DNA of 64,000 nucleotides from the human T2T-CHM13v2.0 reference genome, Homo sapiens. The stretch lies in the NCBI RefSeq assembly GCF_009914755.1, contig NC_060940.1, one strand, 5' to 3'. Of this stretch, positions 43,191 through 55,831 are shown piece by piece. Below the pieces are notes generated by a model that worked only from the letters and a program-made list of their open reading frames with translations, ran no database searches and had not been told where the DNA came from. Each line of letters starts with the position of its first letter. Position 1 is the stretch's first letter. The position numbers were made by a program, and so were the translations under genes.

Positions 43191-46100
43191 CTTTTTCATA
43201 GAAGATCAGATTAGATTGTTAGAGATCATTAGATTGGATTTTTCATGTAGACATGAAGTTATACTTGGAATATCTGTTGGTAATGGCAATATTATTAACG
43301 TACTTTTTACTTTTAAAAATGGTTTGTTCGCCTCTGATAAAAAAGATATATGAAAAAGAATCTGACAGTGTCAATCCAGCTCTCGTTAACTATCCCAGGA
43401 CGCTACCAGCATTTTATTACAGTTGTCAAGAAAAAAGAAAACCAACAATTTTATTGTTTTGATTATTGAGATCCAGCCACAGATCAACTGAGCAATTAAA
43501 ATCTCTAAATAACGTTCTCTGAATTGTCAAACAAAGGATTAGTTCCCGGTGGAAAGGACTTTTCTAAAAGATGATAGTTTTCTCTGTAATGTCTGTGCCA
43601 GTAAATGGTTGCACTAATTGGAGTATACAGAAATATTTTACTAGTTTAACAATGCATGACATCCTAATAAGATTGTGATGACAAGCTTTTCTTTTTATGA
43701 AAGGTGATGTCACCGCATGCTTCTAATATACATGGACTCATGTGTCTTTTTGTGACATGCTATAAATGAAATTTTTCGATGAAATTAATCTGTTTTACTA
43801 AATCTTTACTGTATGTGAAATTATTTCTTTAAGCAGGGCAACAGAGTCTTGATGCTTGTTTTTATTTATAGTTCTTAGAATAATATATTTTAAGGAATCT
43901 TAGAGTTGAGTAGAAAGGATCACAATTAAATGCATATTAAAATGCTTGTCCCAAATCCCATGAATCTGTCACTAGAATATGCGAGGCCGGATTCCCCATC
44001 TTCCCCTAGCTCAGGTGGCTAGCCGAGTGCAGGCTTGGGACGGTTAATGACAATCCTCCAAGACAAGCAGGACTTAACATCAATATCCCTCTTCCTGATA
44101 ATCTGTATACTCTAGAGGTGGTGAGCTCTGGCAGGGTTTTGATGATTTTATGATGGCTTGTGTATATTTATAGTGTGTTTAAAATACTCTTTTTAGTTAT
44201 CATTTGAGTGACACAACTTAATCTTTCGATCTTTACCTGCACCTCCTGGTGATGTGTGTTTGTTAGGTAACTAAAAAGAGGAAATTAAGCAAAGCCAGAG
44301 CTTTATGCCAGCAGTAGGACTGAGGAGTCAATAGATGATTAACCTGCCTTTCTCCTCTTCATGAGAATAAAGGAGTCACTTTTTCAGAGCAGCACCCTAG
44401 AAACATATAATAGCTATGCAGAAATGGGCAACATTTGAGTTCCACAAAGCAAGTATACAGGGAAAAGAATAGCAGGAAATCATTTGAATGCTGTTCTTTA
44501 AACACACTGATCTATACCCCCGTTGAAACTGTCTGTGACAGTCAGTGTCTTTTGCGTTTTATATACACATATGTGTTTGTATGTATATGCATATATATGT
44601 GTATACATATATGCCATATATGTATATATTATGTACATATAAATTATGTGGGTGTAAGCAGCATACGTGATTGGATGCTGATATTTTGTTAGATTTTAGG
44701 GACTTAAATAAACAGGATATAATCATAATCTTAGTCTATCAAAGCCACACCTTAAATGCATCCCTGTATCATTTCATTTGAAAAGGCATGAAAGGCCAGG
44801 GTAATTAGTCCTTACTGCAGATGAGTAAAGGCATCTGTGTTAATAATGGATGCTTAGGATTTTGAATTAAATATTGAACCTCTGGCTTGCTTTTCCCAAA
44901 CGATGAGGCATAACCACCACTCTTTTTGAAAGCTCTTATTTTTTATATTATGGGTCAAAATTTTAAGCAAAAGCTGAGGAAAACAACTTCAGTTAATCGG
45001 CCTATGTGATTATTTGACATATGTGATTAACTGACTGAGGTAAGGAGCGTCATTATTATATCATAATCATCATTATATATAAAGGAACTCCAGGCTAAGA
45101 CTGCCCTCAAAGAAATCTTAAAAATCATGGATTGATTTGCAGATTTAGTGGGATATGAAAAGCTGATGTTGTGCCTGAATAAGATAAGCATTCTTTATTA
45201 GATTGTAGTGGAGAAAGCCCTCACGTGGCCATGTGATTTTATTGACAGCTCAGAACCAAAGACCATAAATTCTGTCAGGCAATATACTGTCCTAGGAAAT
45301 GGACATCACAGATGCCAAAGCGGCCTTTGGGGGCCCAGTAAACGCTGTGTGGAGTCAAGTGAAGAATTAAGCCCCAGACCAAGCCCAGTACCTGCATGGT
45401 TATATTTTTTAGCTGGTATTGGTGAGGCTTGGCTGTCGTTTGTAACACATCCGTGCCCCTGGAGCAGCTTTTCTCTGACATCACCTGTGAGTCACAGTAA
45501 AGGCCCAGTAGTCATCCTGAAGCCGCCTCCCCCACCAAGCTACTAACATCAAAATGATGTTTCTCATATGATTGCCACCTTAAGACACGGGCAGCGGTAG
45601 GACAATGTGAAGTTTGTGCCCAAAGTTCAGCCAGACAGGAAAGGAAGCTTCCTGAGTCCCCTCAGTCAGGCAGGCAAGTGTTCATGTTCAGAGAAATCAT
45701 CAAATGCAGAGAGGAAAGAATGGTGAGCTGAAACAATCAGATGGCAGGGGGGCAGGTCAGGGTGGGGAGCTGAGTCAGAAGGAAGAGGTAGGCAAGGCCT
45801 GGAGGCCAGAATGGCAGGCAGTCGGATCAAGAATCCAGATTAGTGGATTTGGGAAGAGAAGATCAGAGACTCAGAAGGGGTCAGGAACCCGGACCAGAGT
45901 GACTTAACCATAAAAAGTAGAAATCTGGTTAAGAGGTGGGCCCTTAAGAGAGTGACATACCAAGGATGGGGCAGTGGGGGCAGTCCATTTTAGCTCCCCG
46001 GCCCCACCCCCATCCATGCTGGTGACAAGGGGGTGCACTGTCTGTCGAAAAACTTCCAAACAATAATAAAACTAAGAGTCAGTCTGCTTTTTATTATCCC

Positions 46101-46273
46101 CTTTCACCATCAGTTGTGATCAATGTAAAAATCCTTCCTAACAAAATCTTCCGTTGGTCTAAATTCTAAACAGTGTTCAAAGTTACATCTAAAGTTTACA
46201 TATACAAATACACATATATGTATATGTAAACTTATATACAAATACACATATATGTATATGTAAACTTATAAAC

Positions 46274-46488
46274 TTAGTAAAGGATATGTTACTAAAATGT
46301 GCTAATTTGAAGTGTGTGTGTGTAAATATATATATTATTTAGTAAAATAGTATATAATTATATATAATATTCTAAATATATATTAGTAAAATAATAAATA
46401 TAATATTTATAATATACATAAATTATAAATATATATTTGCACACACACACTTCAAATTAGCACATTTTAGTAACATATCCCTTACTAA
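46274..46488. repeat. 60-bp inverted repeat (58/60) around a 95-bp AT-rich spacer
   Basis: 46274-46333 is the reverse complement of 46429-46488 with two mismatches. Confidence 0.95.
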
Positions 46489-46786
46489 ATACTGTGTTCT
46501 TCATGGATGCAGAGTTCTCAGTTACACAGTCAGCTGCTGACACACACACAGTCAGCTACACATGCTCGTTTCTGGAGTCAATTCATTACCATTTGGATTG
46601 TTTTGAGTGCACTTCAGATAGAGTTTGTGTCTCCAGTGACTGTAGTGCCACATCTTTCTGCATCTGAACAGTAGATTCAAAATCAATAGTGATTAAGATG
46701 AAGAAACAACATTTGGGGTATTTCAGCTCTTTCCTACCATGTGAGCACTTGAAGTTTTTCTTTTTGTTTAAACTCTAAAACAGAAA

Positions 46787-46913
46787 GGCCAGGTATGGTG
46801 GTTCACGCCTGGTGGGTCACTTGAGGCCAGAAGTTTGAGACCAGCCTCAGCAACATGGCAAAACCCTGTCTCTACTAAAAATACAAAAAATAAAATTTAA
46901 AAATTTAAAAAAA
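46787..46913 (+). mobile_element. Alu left monomer with internal deletion, nested in the DNA transposon
   Basis: GGCCAGG start, lacks 'gtaatcccagcactttgggagg', A-rich tail. Direct repeat TCTAAAACAGA at 46774-46784 and 46914-46924. Confidence 0.85.
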
Positions 46914-48113
46914 TCTAAAACAGAGAAACAGTTTATAAACTACTCAGTGTAATATTTTCATTTGGTAAATGAACATGTTCTTCTCTACATAAAATATTTA
47001 GCTGAATTTCAATAATGTTTTTAAGTTGAAATTTATTTTTCAATAGTTAAGAAAATTGTTTTTTAACAATTAATTTGATTGTTAAAACTAAATAATAAAT
47101 TTTAGAAAACATTATTACTGACTATTATGTGACAGTTATTGGGAATAATTTGTTATAAAAGACAGATAGGTAAAAAATAATCTGCTTCAACTGTCAGATA
47201 TGCTAGGTACGCCCTTAGAGACGGGGTAGTATTTATGAAGATCTAGTGAGTTCAGTGCCTGCTGACATAATCAGTGGTAATAAGGTAATACAAGCACAGG
47301 ATGGCCAAACCAAGAATGAAGCTTGATTCTGAGCTTTATGAACTGGCATCGTCCTACGTTTTCTGGGTCTGAACTGGCCTCAAAGTGAAGCCAGGGCTGA
47401 AGCCACAGAAGAAAATACATAAGTAAATTTTACTAGAGTTAGGGAATAGAAACAAACGACGAACAGACTTACTGTTGATGGCAGCCACTAGAAGAAAAAC
47501 ACATAGATGCTACCCAAGTAATTGCTGCGGGATTGGGAAACGCATGAGACTATGGTAAAGCAGCTCCAAGGCCCTGAACTAAAACTGCAGGAAGTGCAAT
47601 AGAGAGGCAGCCCACGGGGTGAGGGGCCACACTAAATGGGCAGGCTCTATTATAGCCCAATAGACCGAATAGGACCTGGTGATAAATAGGAACGAAGCAG
47701 GCCGCACAGAGAGAGCCTGGACGAGTTTCAAACTGGAACGTGTACGTCCTATCTAAGGAGGCAGTCGCGACTCGGCTCTGGCCAGTTACCGTCATGGCAG
47801 AGTATTGGCCCAGATAAGCAGATCTTCCCATTTTTCAAGCAGAGTCAAAAATCTGGACTTTTTATTAAGATCTCTATTTATTTTTCTCTTCTTTTTAGGA
47901 ACTAATTCACATTTTTTAAATATTGCAAGAGTCATTACTATTTAGGCCAAAATAAATACCTGTAGATTTAATGTAGCCCCTGAGCCACCATTTTGTCTCC
48001 TCTGAGCCAGAGCCTTAACCTGTTCCAGTTGAATCTGTTGGTCGCTCTCCATACCAGTCATAAGATAGTTTTCATGCTTTAGGCTATTAGGTTTAATAAT
48101 CATAAGAAGAGTA

Positions 48114-48240
48114 GGCCAGGCATGGTGGCTCACGTCTGTAATCCCAGCACTTTGGGAGGCTGAAACAGGAGGATTGCTTGAGGCCAGGCATTCAAGACCA
48201 GCCTGGTTAACAAAGCAAGACCCTGTCTCTAAAAAAAGCA
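48114..48240 (+). mobile_element. FLAM_C-like Alu monomer
   Basis: Single left arm and A tail. TSD aagaagagta/aagaaaagta. Confidence 0.88.
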
Positions 48241-48339
48241 AAGAAAAGTAGAAGCATTCCTGAATATTACAGACAGTAACAGAATGGCTATCACAACAGT
48301 CACAGCTTGCAGACACCAAGCTCCTCAGAAAATATTCTA

Positions 48340-48560
48340 CTAATAATAATAGTTGTCATTGGGCTAGTCACTGAGTGCCAGGCATTGTGCTATACATTTT
48401 GCATTCACGATCTCGTTGAGTCCTTACAGTAGCTCTATGAAATGGATACTTGTGTCTGCATTTACAGATAAAGAAACTTAGCAAAGTTTTATAATTTTCC
48501 CACGTTCAGTTGTACAGTCAGGACTTCAATCAAAGCCTCTCTTGAACTGAGCCTAAATTG
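48340..48560 (-). mobile_element. MIR
   Basis: 'gtgccaggcattgtgcta...cattttacagataaagaaactt'. Confidence 0.75.
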
Positions 48561-51500
48561 CCGATGGTGAGGGGACTCTGTTAGCTAAACTGAGGAACCA
48601 CAGGCAGGGTGGCCTTGAATTTCAGTCTGAAGGACCCATCACCCAAGAGTCTTGGCAGCTTCCTCAGCAAAGATGAATGGGCTTGTTAGGTGGTTTTTGT
48701 TACCTGATCAGTAATTGTTTCAACACTAGAGTTTGTCGTTACTGTTGTCCTGTTATGAAGAATTCTCTTTAACAAAACTCATGGGAAAAGGGACTGACTC
48801 ATGTGCAGTTTGGCCTGAAGCATTTGCGTCAGTATTCTGCTCCTGGAAGAGTATACTTTGACTTATGCATTGCTTGCTTAATAGACCACAAAAGTCAACA
48901 TCCCTCTGGAAGAACAGCTCGTGCTTGGAGGCGTCACAAGCTCCAAAAGATCCTGTTAAGGCAGGATGTAGTGTGAAACCCACAAGCGAAGCAAAACCCC
49001 GTGTCCCCTAATTATAATGTTAATATTTAAGAAAGCTTCAGAGGCTGCCTCTGTGCTTTATGCCTAAAAAGGAGTTGGGATTTTTTTTCCCCCTTTTGCT
49101 TTTCAGACCTGGAATCGCATCAATATTTTTTTTCAACAAAAGAATGTGTCTCTTGTCCCCAGGTATGGCAAGGGTACAAAGAAGCCAACTTGTAGAGGGG
49201 AGAGAGAAGAGGTAACTGACAGAGTCAGAGCACGTTGGAAAGTGATACGAGAACAGGGGCTTATGGTTACAGCCCTACCCCCTTTCCAAAGAAGGCGATT
49301 AGATATTATTTCAGATAGTTTCTCACTGTGTCCTAATTTCATTTTCCAGCAACCCTGTGGCAGGTCCCCAGTTTTTCTTGGACTTATGTGATTAGCTAAA
49401 CTAGCCATGCAGGTATTGGCATTACACTCACAGATATGAAATCCAGCCTGACACCCAATCAGGACACATTCTTGAGTGGCTGTGTGGCCCCAGAGTCTCC
49501 CACTGTCTTCCACTTATGCACAGTGTATCTAAATAGACACTGGCCATGTTCAGTCCACCCTAAACCCTTGTGTCAATAGCCAAAGAGGAATCAGATTTGA
49601 AGCCAAAATAACAAGCACTATATATAAATTACTAAACGCCCCCAAACACTATGGCATTGTTTGGAGATAGGGCATGTGTAGGAATAGTAGGAGGCACCTA
49701 ATCAGAAATTCAAAATGAACAGCCTCACCGAACAGATGGGCAGAGTCTATGGACTTTCCTTCCTTCAGGAGAGGATGGGCCATTATTTAAATTTATATAC
49801 AGTGGAAGCCACTAGAACCCCATTCTGATGATTAAATCTGGATGATCATAATATCCAGATGCATTAAACAATGACCTTCTCAAATCATAACGGAACAGAG
49901 ATGTCACGTGGCTCTGGCCAAGGACGTAAGTGAGTTCGTTCAACAGGCATTTTAGTTCTGGTGCCAGGTCATTGGGGACAGAGCAGAGATACAGCCTGAT
50001 TTTCCTCAGCATCTACCGCCCCGTCAGACAGGGGGCAATAATTCTTCTCCCTTAGTTAAACTCTGCCCCACACCCTGTTTATCTGAAAAATTACTCCAGT
50101 CAGATTCTCCTACTTAAATATTCATGAAGATGTTATGAGGACTATATGATGTCAAGTAAAGGGACATGGCTTTTGTGAAATTCTATTTAAACTGTTGAAA
50201 TGAGGGTGGTGTCACTCTCTCCAAACTTTCCAGTTCCCTCCAATAAACCTGTAGAAAGCAGACCACCAGATGTTTCAAACAGTTTGGATCCCAATTCCAC
50301 TTGATTCTTGCTCCAGAAGCTGAGAACTTAGGAGCAACTTCCTGTGGAAACCAACATTCCCACCAATACCAAAGTTTTATAATATGTAGAAAACATGACC
50401 TCTAAGAAATGCATGTCAAGTGCAGCCTGGGGCTTGGGGTGTCCAGTCCAGAAATCTGCCTTTGGTTAAGGTATTAGAAGATTAGGGAGTTACTCAAATT
50501 GTCCTTAACATTGTTTTCATATGTGTTATGGGCCACGCATGCTCCATGACTTTTATAACTTATGTACTCTCATAGACCTACAGGAGAGTCCTTCTTCCAC
50601 CTCAGGGTTTGCTGATAGCCTAGATGGTAGAATTGCAGTAAGGTTAAACAGATGTAGGGCCTCATATTGCTTCTCATACAATTTTAAGAATCCTTAAAGT
50701 CAGTTTTCATGGTAAGCAAACTTTAATTTAAAAACTTTGAGATAGGAGGGATCATTCTTCATTCAGTTCATCCAGGTTCAAGGACTCCTTTTGGTTGCAA
50801 CTGACCCGCCATGCTGCTTCAGAAGAAACCCTTTAAAAACAAACTTCCTGAGAAGAGAAAAGGGTTACAATTTAGGAGCTTTTTAAGAATTACCTTTGGG
50901 TTTTTCCAAGCTCTCCTCTTGAGTAGAAAACAGGACATGTCACAGATATATATTTTCTTAATTGTAAAAAGTAAATACTCTAAAATGTATTTTTTTCATT
51001 GTGATTATGTTACAGTGGTTTCTATGTACCATAGATTAGATTTTTATTAAGGGTTTTATTAAATAACTGGTGTTTCACCAACATCTAATTAAATCTTCTA
51101 TCTAAATTGAACAGAAAATTATGGGGGGAAAAGAAAGCATTTGTAGCAGACTTTATTACAGATAAGACTATTATTTGTTCATCTTAAGAATTTGAGATCA
51201 AATTTACAAGCAGCATCCTCATCGAATTTCTTTTCTGGGCTGCTGAGCCCTGGCCCCTTGAAAGCAGCCCATTATCTCCTCACCTCCCCCCATTTTATTA
51301 TAGTGTCCTGGTTGTTGGCAACACGCCCGCTGTTTAAGGTTACTTTCATTAATTAACCGAAAGTTAATTTCTTTGCAAGCAAAATCTCTGATCTCATTAT
51401 GTTGTCTTTAAAGCCGAAAGCTTCAGGTTTTCTGGTCTCCTTTGATGACACAATAAAAAGCATGCTCTTTATCTTAAGGGAAACTGTCTCCAGGGTTTCA

Positions 51501-51869
51501 TTTAATAGTCCTTGAAATAGTTACAGCACAGCCAGGCAGACTACAATAATATGCCAGTTTTAGAAAACCTTGGCTTTGTCATGGTTAGAGAGCCCAGTGA
51601 CTGATGTGAGCTACGGTGGATCCATTTCCGAAGAAGTTCTGCACTTTGCCTCGAGTCCCATTTTTACACACGACACCGCCCTCCCTACCGCCATTATGGA
51701 GCCTATTTGAGAACAGACCAACACCAACACCAGCATCCTTCCAAAGTGCACCACTGCCCAGCCATTTTACTCTCTGGGATTTTGGAAAGTTTGCGGGGGC
51801 TGGCATTTTGTCTGTTTGCCTTTACTAAGCTATCTTTTGTTCCTCTGGTGGAAGCAAGGCAACATTGGG

Positions 51870-52310
51870 TGGTACCAAGAGTTTGGGGTAGTGCTTTTGG
51901 AGCCTGGCAGGCCTGGATTTGAATCCCAGCCTTTCCATGTACAGGTTAAGCATCCCTAATCCAAAATCTGAAATCCGAAATGCTCCAAAATCCAAAACTT
52001 TTTGAGCACCAGCATGATGCTGAAAGGAAATGCCCATTGGAGCATTTCAGATTTTGGATTTTGAATTAGTGATGCTCAGCCAGTGAGTATAATGCAAATA
52101 TTCCCAAATCTGAAAAAGTCTGAAGTCTGAAACTCTTCTTGTCCCAAGCATTTCAGAGAAGGGATATTCAACCTGTACTGGCTCTCTGTCCTTGAACGTG
52201 TTATTTAACCCTTCTGAGCTTCAGTTTCCTCATTAGTAAACTTTAAATGATTATGTAAAGAGAATTAAATGAGATAAAACAAAGTAGCAGGTACTTGACA
52301 AATGTTACTC
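51870..52310 (+). mobile_element. MIR interrupted by Tigger insertion
   Basis: 'gcctggatttgaatcccagc' on the left resumes as 'ctctctgtccttgaacgtgttatttaacccttctgagcttcagtttcctcat' on the right. Confidence 0.8.
51942..52175 (+). mobile_element. Tigger4a/MER46-like MITE (TcMar-Tigger)
   Basis: Terminal inverted repeats CAGGTTAAGCATCCCT...AGGGATATTCAACCTG flanked by a TA duplication; 234 bp. Confidence 0.9.
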
Positions 52311-54219
52311 CCCTTCCTTTGACAGTCCTGTTCTAGTCTTTTCCAAGGACAAATGTGTTTCTAGAGATGGAGTTCATCCTGATATTTGGGGGCTGGCCTA
52401 CGTACAGATTGCTATACCAGAAGGAGCAGTTTGGGGGAGACAGTCAGATTCCACAGAGCATGTTTTGGTGTGGATTGGATGAGTTAGGTTCTGTATTGCC
52501 CCACATGACCTTTTACAGACATGGGGACTTAAACAGTGTATTTTCTTTGTCTCTCTGCGTTAGCTTCATCTTCAGTGATGAAATCTTGTTGCTTCCTGAA
52601 GCATTAAATTCAGTGAGTTGAGAGTGGCCAAAATGTCTTTTCAGAGCCACCAGGTGTAGGTCACACAGAGGGGACAGAACTCTTCAGGTGGCTCAAGTCT
52701 CAGGAGCAATCTAGATACACGGAGAAGCCATTTGTATCCCACTGAGTCCTGTGATGCTGCACACACACAGCTGAGATTTACAGAGGCCGGGCGGGGAGGG
52801 CTGCTGAGAGGGGGTAATGGCATGACCTGCCATGCTGCTTCAGATGCCTGGGAGACTGGGTCTGTGCCATTTGCATATGTCCTCTGTACCCATTCCTGAT
52901 GAAGGATGCAATTGACTCAACTCAAGCAGGTCAAAATCACTTAGGCAGAAAATCCCAGGCCTTGGGAAGAAAAGTCATGTGCCTCTTGGGCCCTTGGCAG
53001 AAGTCAAAGGTCCAAGGTAATGTATTGGCAAAGATCCTGTCTGCTTTGGTGCCTTACTTACTGCTCCCTAATGCTTTTAGGTGGAAATATTGTCAACGCT
53101 ATTGATTAGTTGATCTGATAATCCAGCAGGCTCCCTGATGTGTTAAATTTCCTACTTTTGGAGGACTATAAGTATGGGCAGAGTGTATACTTCTGTAGGA
53201 AAGAACTCTCAGTGGACCTTGCTAAGACACTGCTTCTACAGCGAGATTGCTACAGGCATGACAATTCCAATTATTCTTTTGGCTGTGACATTTAACCCTT
53301 CCCAAGACAAATTTTCTATAGTTATCCATTTTTTCCAGCCTTCCTTTAGATTTTGGAAAAACACTTTGTCTTCTGCATTGGGCCTGTAGGGTCTCTTGAT
53401 TTATTAGCATGGTTTACCTGTACGTTTTTAGATTTTTATTTTTTAGTTTATTATGAGTACATTCCATTATCTAGATCTTTCCCTCCTTCACATGCCCTCC
53501 ATGGCCAAAATCATATTTGCCTTTCTCCTTGTCTTTTACCATCTTTAAACATTCCATCAGCCATGTCCCTCATTTTTAAAGTATATAGCAACTTCATGAA
53601 GGATATATAATTCATAATGTGTAGATATCAAAAGAAAAGGTGACCTTAGGCCAAGGCAGTGGAATTTTCTGTAAGTAAGGAGCATAGAGATGATATATAA
53701 ACATAGTGATGACAAATAAGCATTGAAGTTTGTTTGCAGATTGTTTGTTTAGAGCTTGGTCTGGAATAGCAAGAAACCTACATACCCTCCGACTCGTCTC
53801 GCTGTAGTTGTTGGTTATTCACCGCACCCTCTCTCTGGCTTCAGTCTCCAAGCCCTTCAGCCTTGTTGAAAGGGTCTAGAGGTACCCTTGCACATCCAAA
53901 GGCCACTTGGACAAATGATGCCTTCAGCTTTTGGGGTCCACAGTGCCATTTCTTCTACATCCCAGCTTACTATGCTTGACTTCAGTTATATTCCCCAGTA
54001 CCAAGAACGCAGGAGGACTACTTTAATCCCCTTTGCAAAATAACAACAACAATAAGGCCTCCAGGCAGAGCACATTGAGCCTAATTCAGATTTTTTTTAA
54101 AGTGGAAAACAAATCATAAATACCTGAGAAATCAGGTTCATAATGGAAGCCCCACGAAACCCCTTAACCTGGGCAAAATCCTATAACACAATTATATAAA
54201 ATTTCACACCTGACTGAAG

Positions 54220-54810
54220 CTGTTATTGGAACAAAAATAACCATTTTTCTGCTCGTGCTAAATGAACCACAAGACCCATGTATCCAGCCACAGAAAAACA
54301 CAAGATTGCCCATTCCATCTGCATATAATCAGCATACTTGCTGGCAAGGGCACTGCAGGATCAAAAGAGTTAATAATTGGATCCTGCCCACAGCAACCAC
54401 ACAATTAAGGACAAGATTAGCAGAGATGAGGAATTTATGGTGAAAATGCAATGATAGTCTGAAAAACAAAATGATTTCACCGAGCAGTTGTTCTGTTGCC
54501 ATAATCCTAATGATCAACTCTATTACACCAATAATAGGAGAAAAACTAATTGCAGTGAGGACAGGACAAATCTTTTTAAATCTGCATTGTCTTCCCAACT
54601 AAGTCCCAACCCATTTGTATTAACCTTTGCTGACAGAGTCACATGATGGACATAATTTCTTATAATTTACCAGCTATGGATCTAACCTTTCTTCATCAAA
54701 TATTCATAAAGGCAGGATTCTCAATGATTTTCTGTCTCTCTTCAATTTAGAGCTTGTTGTCTTCTTTCTTACAGTAATTTGGACACAATTGAAGTCAAAT
54801 GGAATTAAAG
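54220..54810. promoter_or_regulatory. Candidate conserved non-coding element
   Basis: Repeat-free with dense TAAT, TTTATGG, CATAA and TGACAG motifs. Inference only. Confidence 0.35.
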
Positions 54811-55530
54811 TTAAATGCCTTTAGCAACTGAGGTGCCTAAAAGCAAACACTTAGGGGAGGGGTCGTGAACTGAACGGGGAGAGCTTGTATTCCCAAGACC
54901 CTCCACGTCCCAAAGGAGTTCAGTGGGCTGCCGGCCCCCATAAGGAAAAAGCAAACTCAGCCAGAGAATGAGATGCCATTGCTTTCTCTTGGACTTGCTT
55001 GGGCCTCTTGTGCTGGGTGCTCTGTAGCTGAGTTAAAACTGAGAGCCCAAGGCCTTCCCCTGTCTTCAAGGCTTGCCAGGAACTTAGGCTGCCATGACCA
55101 GGCCCTGTTTGAGCATGTGTGCCCAGCAGGGTGCAAGGAACATGCCAGGGGCTAGAATAGTGGACAAGAAAAGTTGGTTGGTACAGTTACTTAGAAAACA
55201 AGCGTGAACACCTAAAACCATTCCTGAAAGCGTTTTTGGTTTCTAGAAAAACATCTGTTTCCACTTTGCATCTTTGTTGCTTTGACACTTTTCTTAACAG
55301 GGATGTAGATAGGAAAAAGTCTTCTAAAGCTTAGATGTTTAAAATAAGTATAGTAAATGGTCCTTTACTCTTCCCGTCGCAAGGCTTCAGTTTTACTGGG
55401 ATGGCAGAAGTTTGGGGAAGGTGAGATAGACAATCAAAAGAACTCCCTTTTTCTACTCCAATCCTCAGACAGCCCTACCTTTACTACAATGGCAAGGAAT
55501 GTTGTAAATTCTCCCTCAAGATGCAAAGGA

Positions 55531-55831
55531 GGCCAAGCACAGTGGCTCACACCTGTAATCCCGGCATTTTGGGAGGCCAGAGAGGAAAGATCACTGAACC
55601 AACAAGTTCGAGACCAGCCTGGAAAACATAGCAAGACCCCATCTCTACAAAAAATTTAAAAATTAGCTGGATGTGGTGGCATGCTCCTGTAGTCCTAGCT
55701 ACTCAGGAGGCTGAGGCAGGAGGATTGCTTGAGCCCTGGAGTTCACAGTGAGCTATGATCACGCCACTGCACTCCAGCCTGGGAAACCGAGTGAGACCCT
55801 ATCTCTAAAAAGACAAAGAAATTTACAAAAA
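55531..55831 (+). mobile_element. AluJ-like element
   Basis: Both arms present. TSD caagatgcaaag on both sides. Confidence 0.93.

Larger units (their letters stand above)
45950..47216 (+). mobile_element. hAT-Tip100 DNA transposon fossil (Zaphod-like)
   Basis: Ends 'agtgacataccaaggatggggcagtggg' and 'tgctaggtacgccct' resemble degenerate inverted termini. Internal 'aataataaaact...gtctgctttttattatc'. Family recognised from memory. Confidence 0.7.

Noticed and set aside
44560-44650. TA/TG-rich patch with local palindromes
   Set aside because: Low-complexity microsatellite decay, where self-complementarity is trivial.
52644-52662. CTCF-like motifs (also near 6186 and 50025)
   Set aside because: Each departs from the core consensus and cannot be supported without ChIP data.
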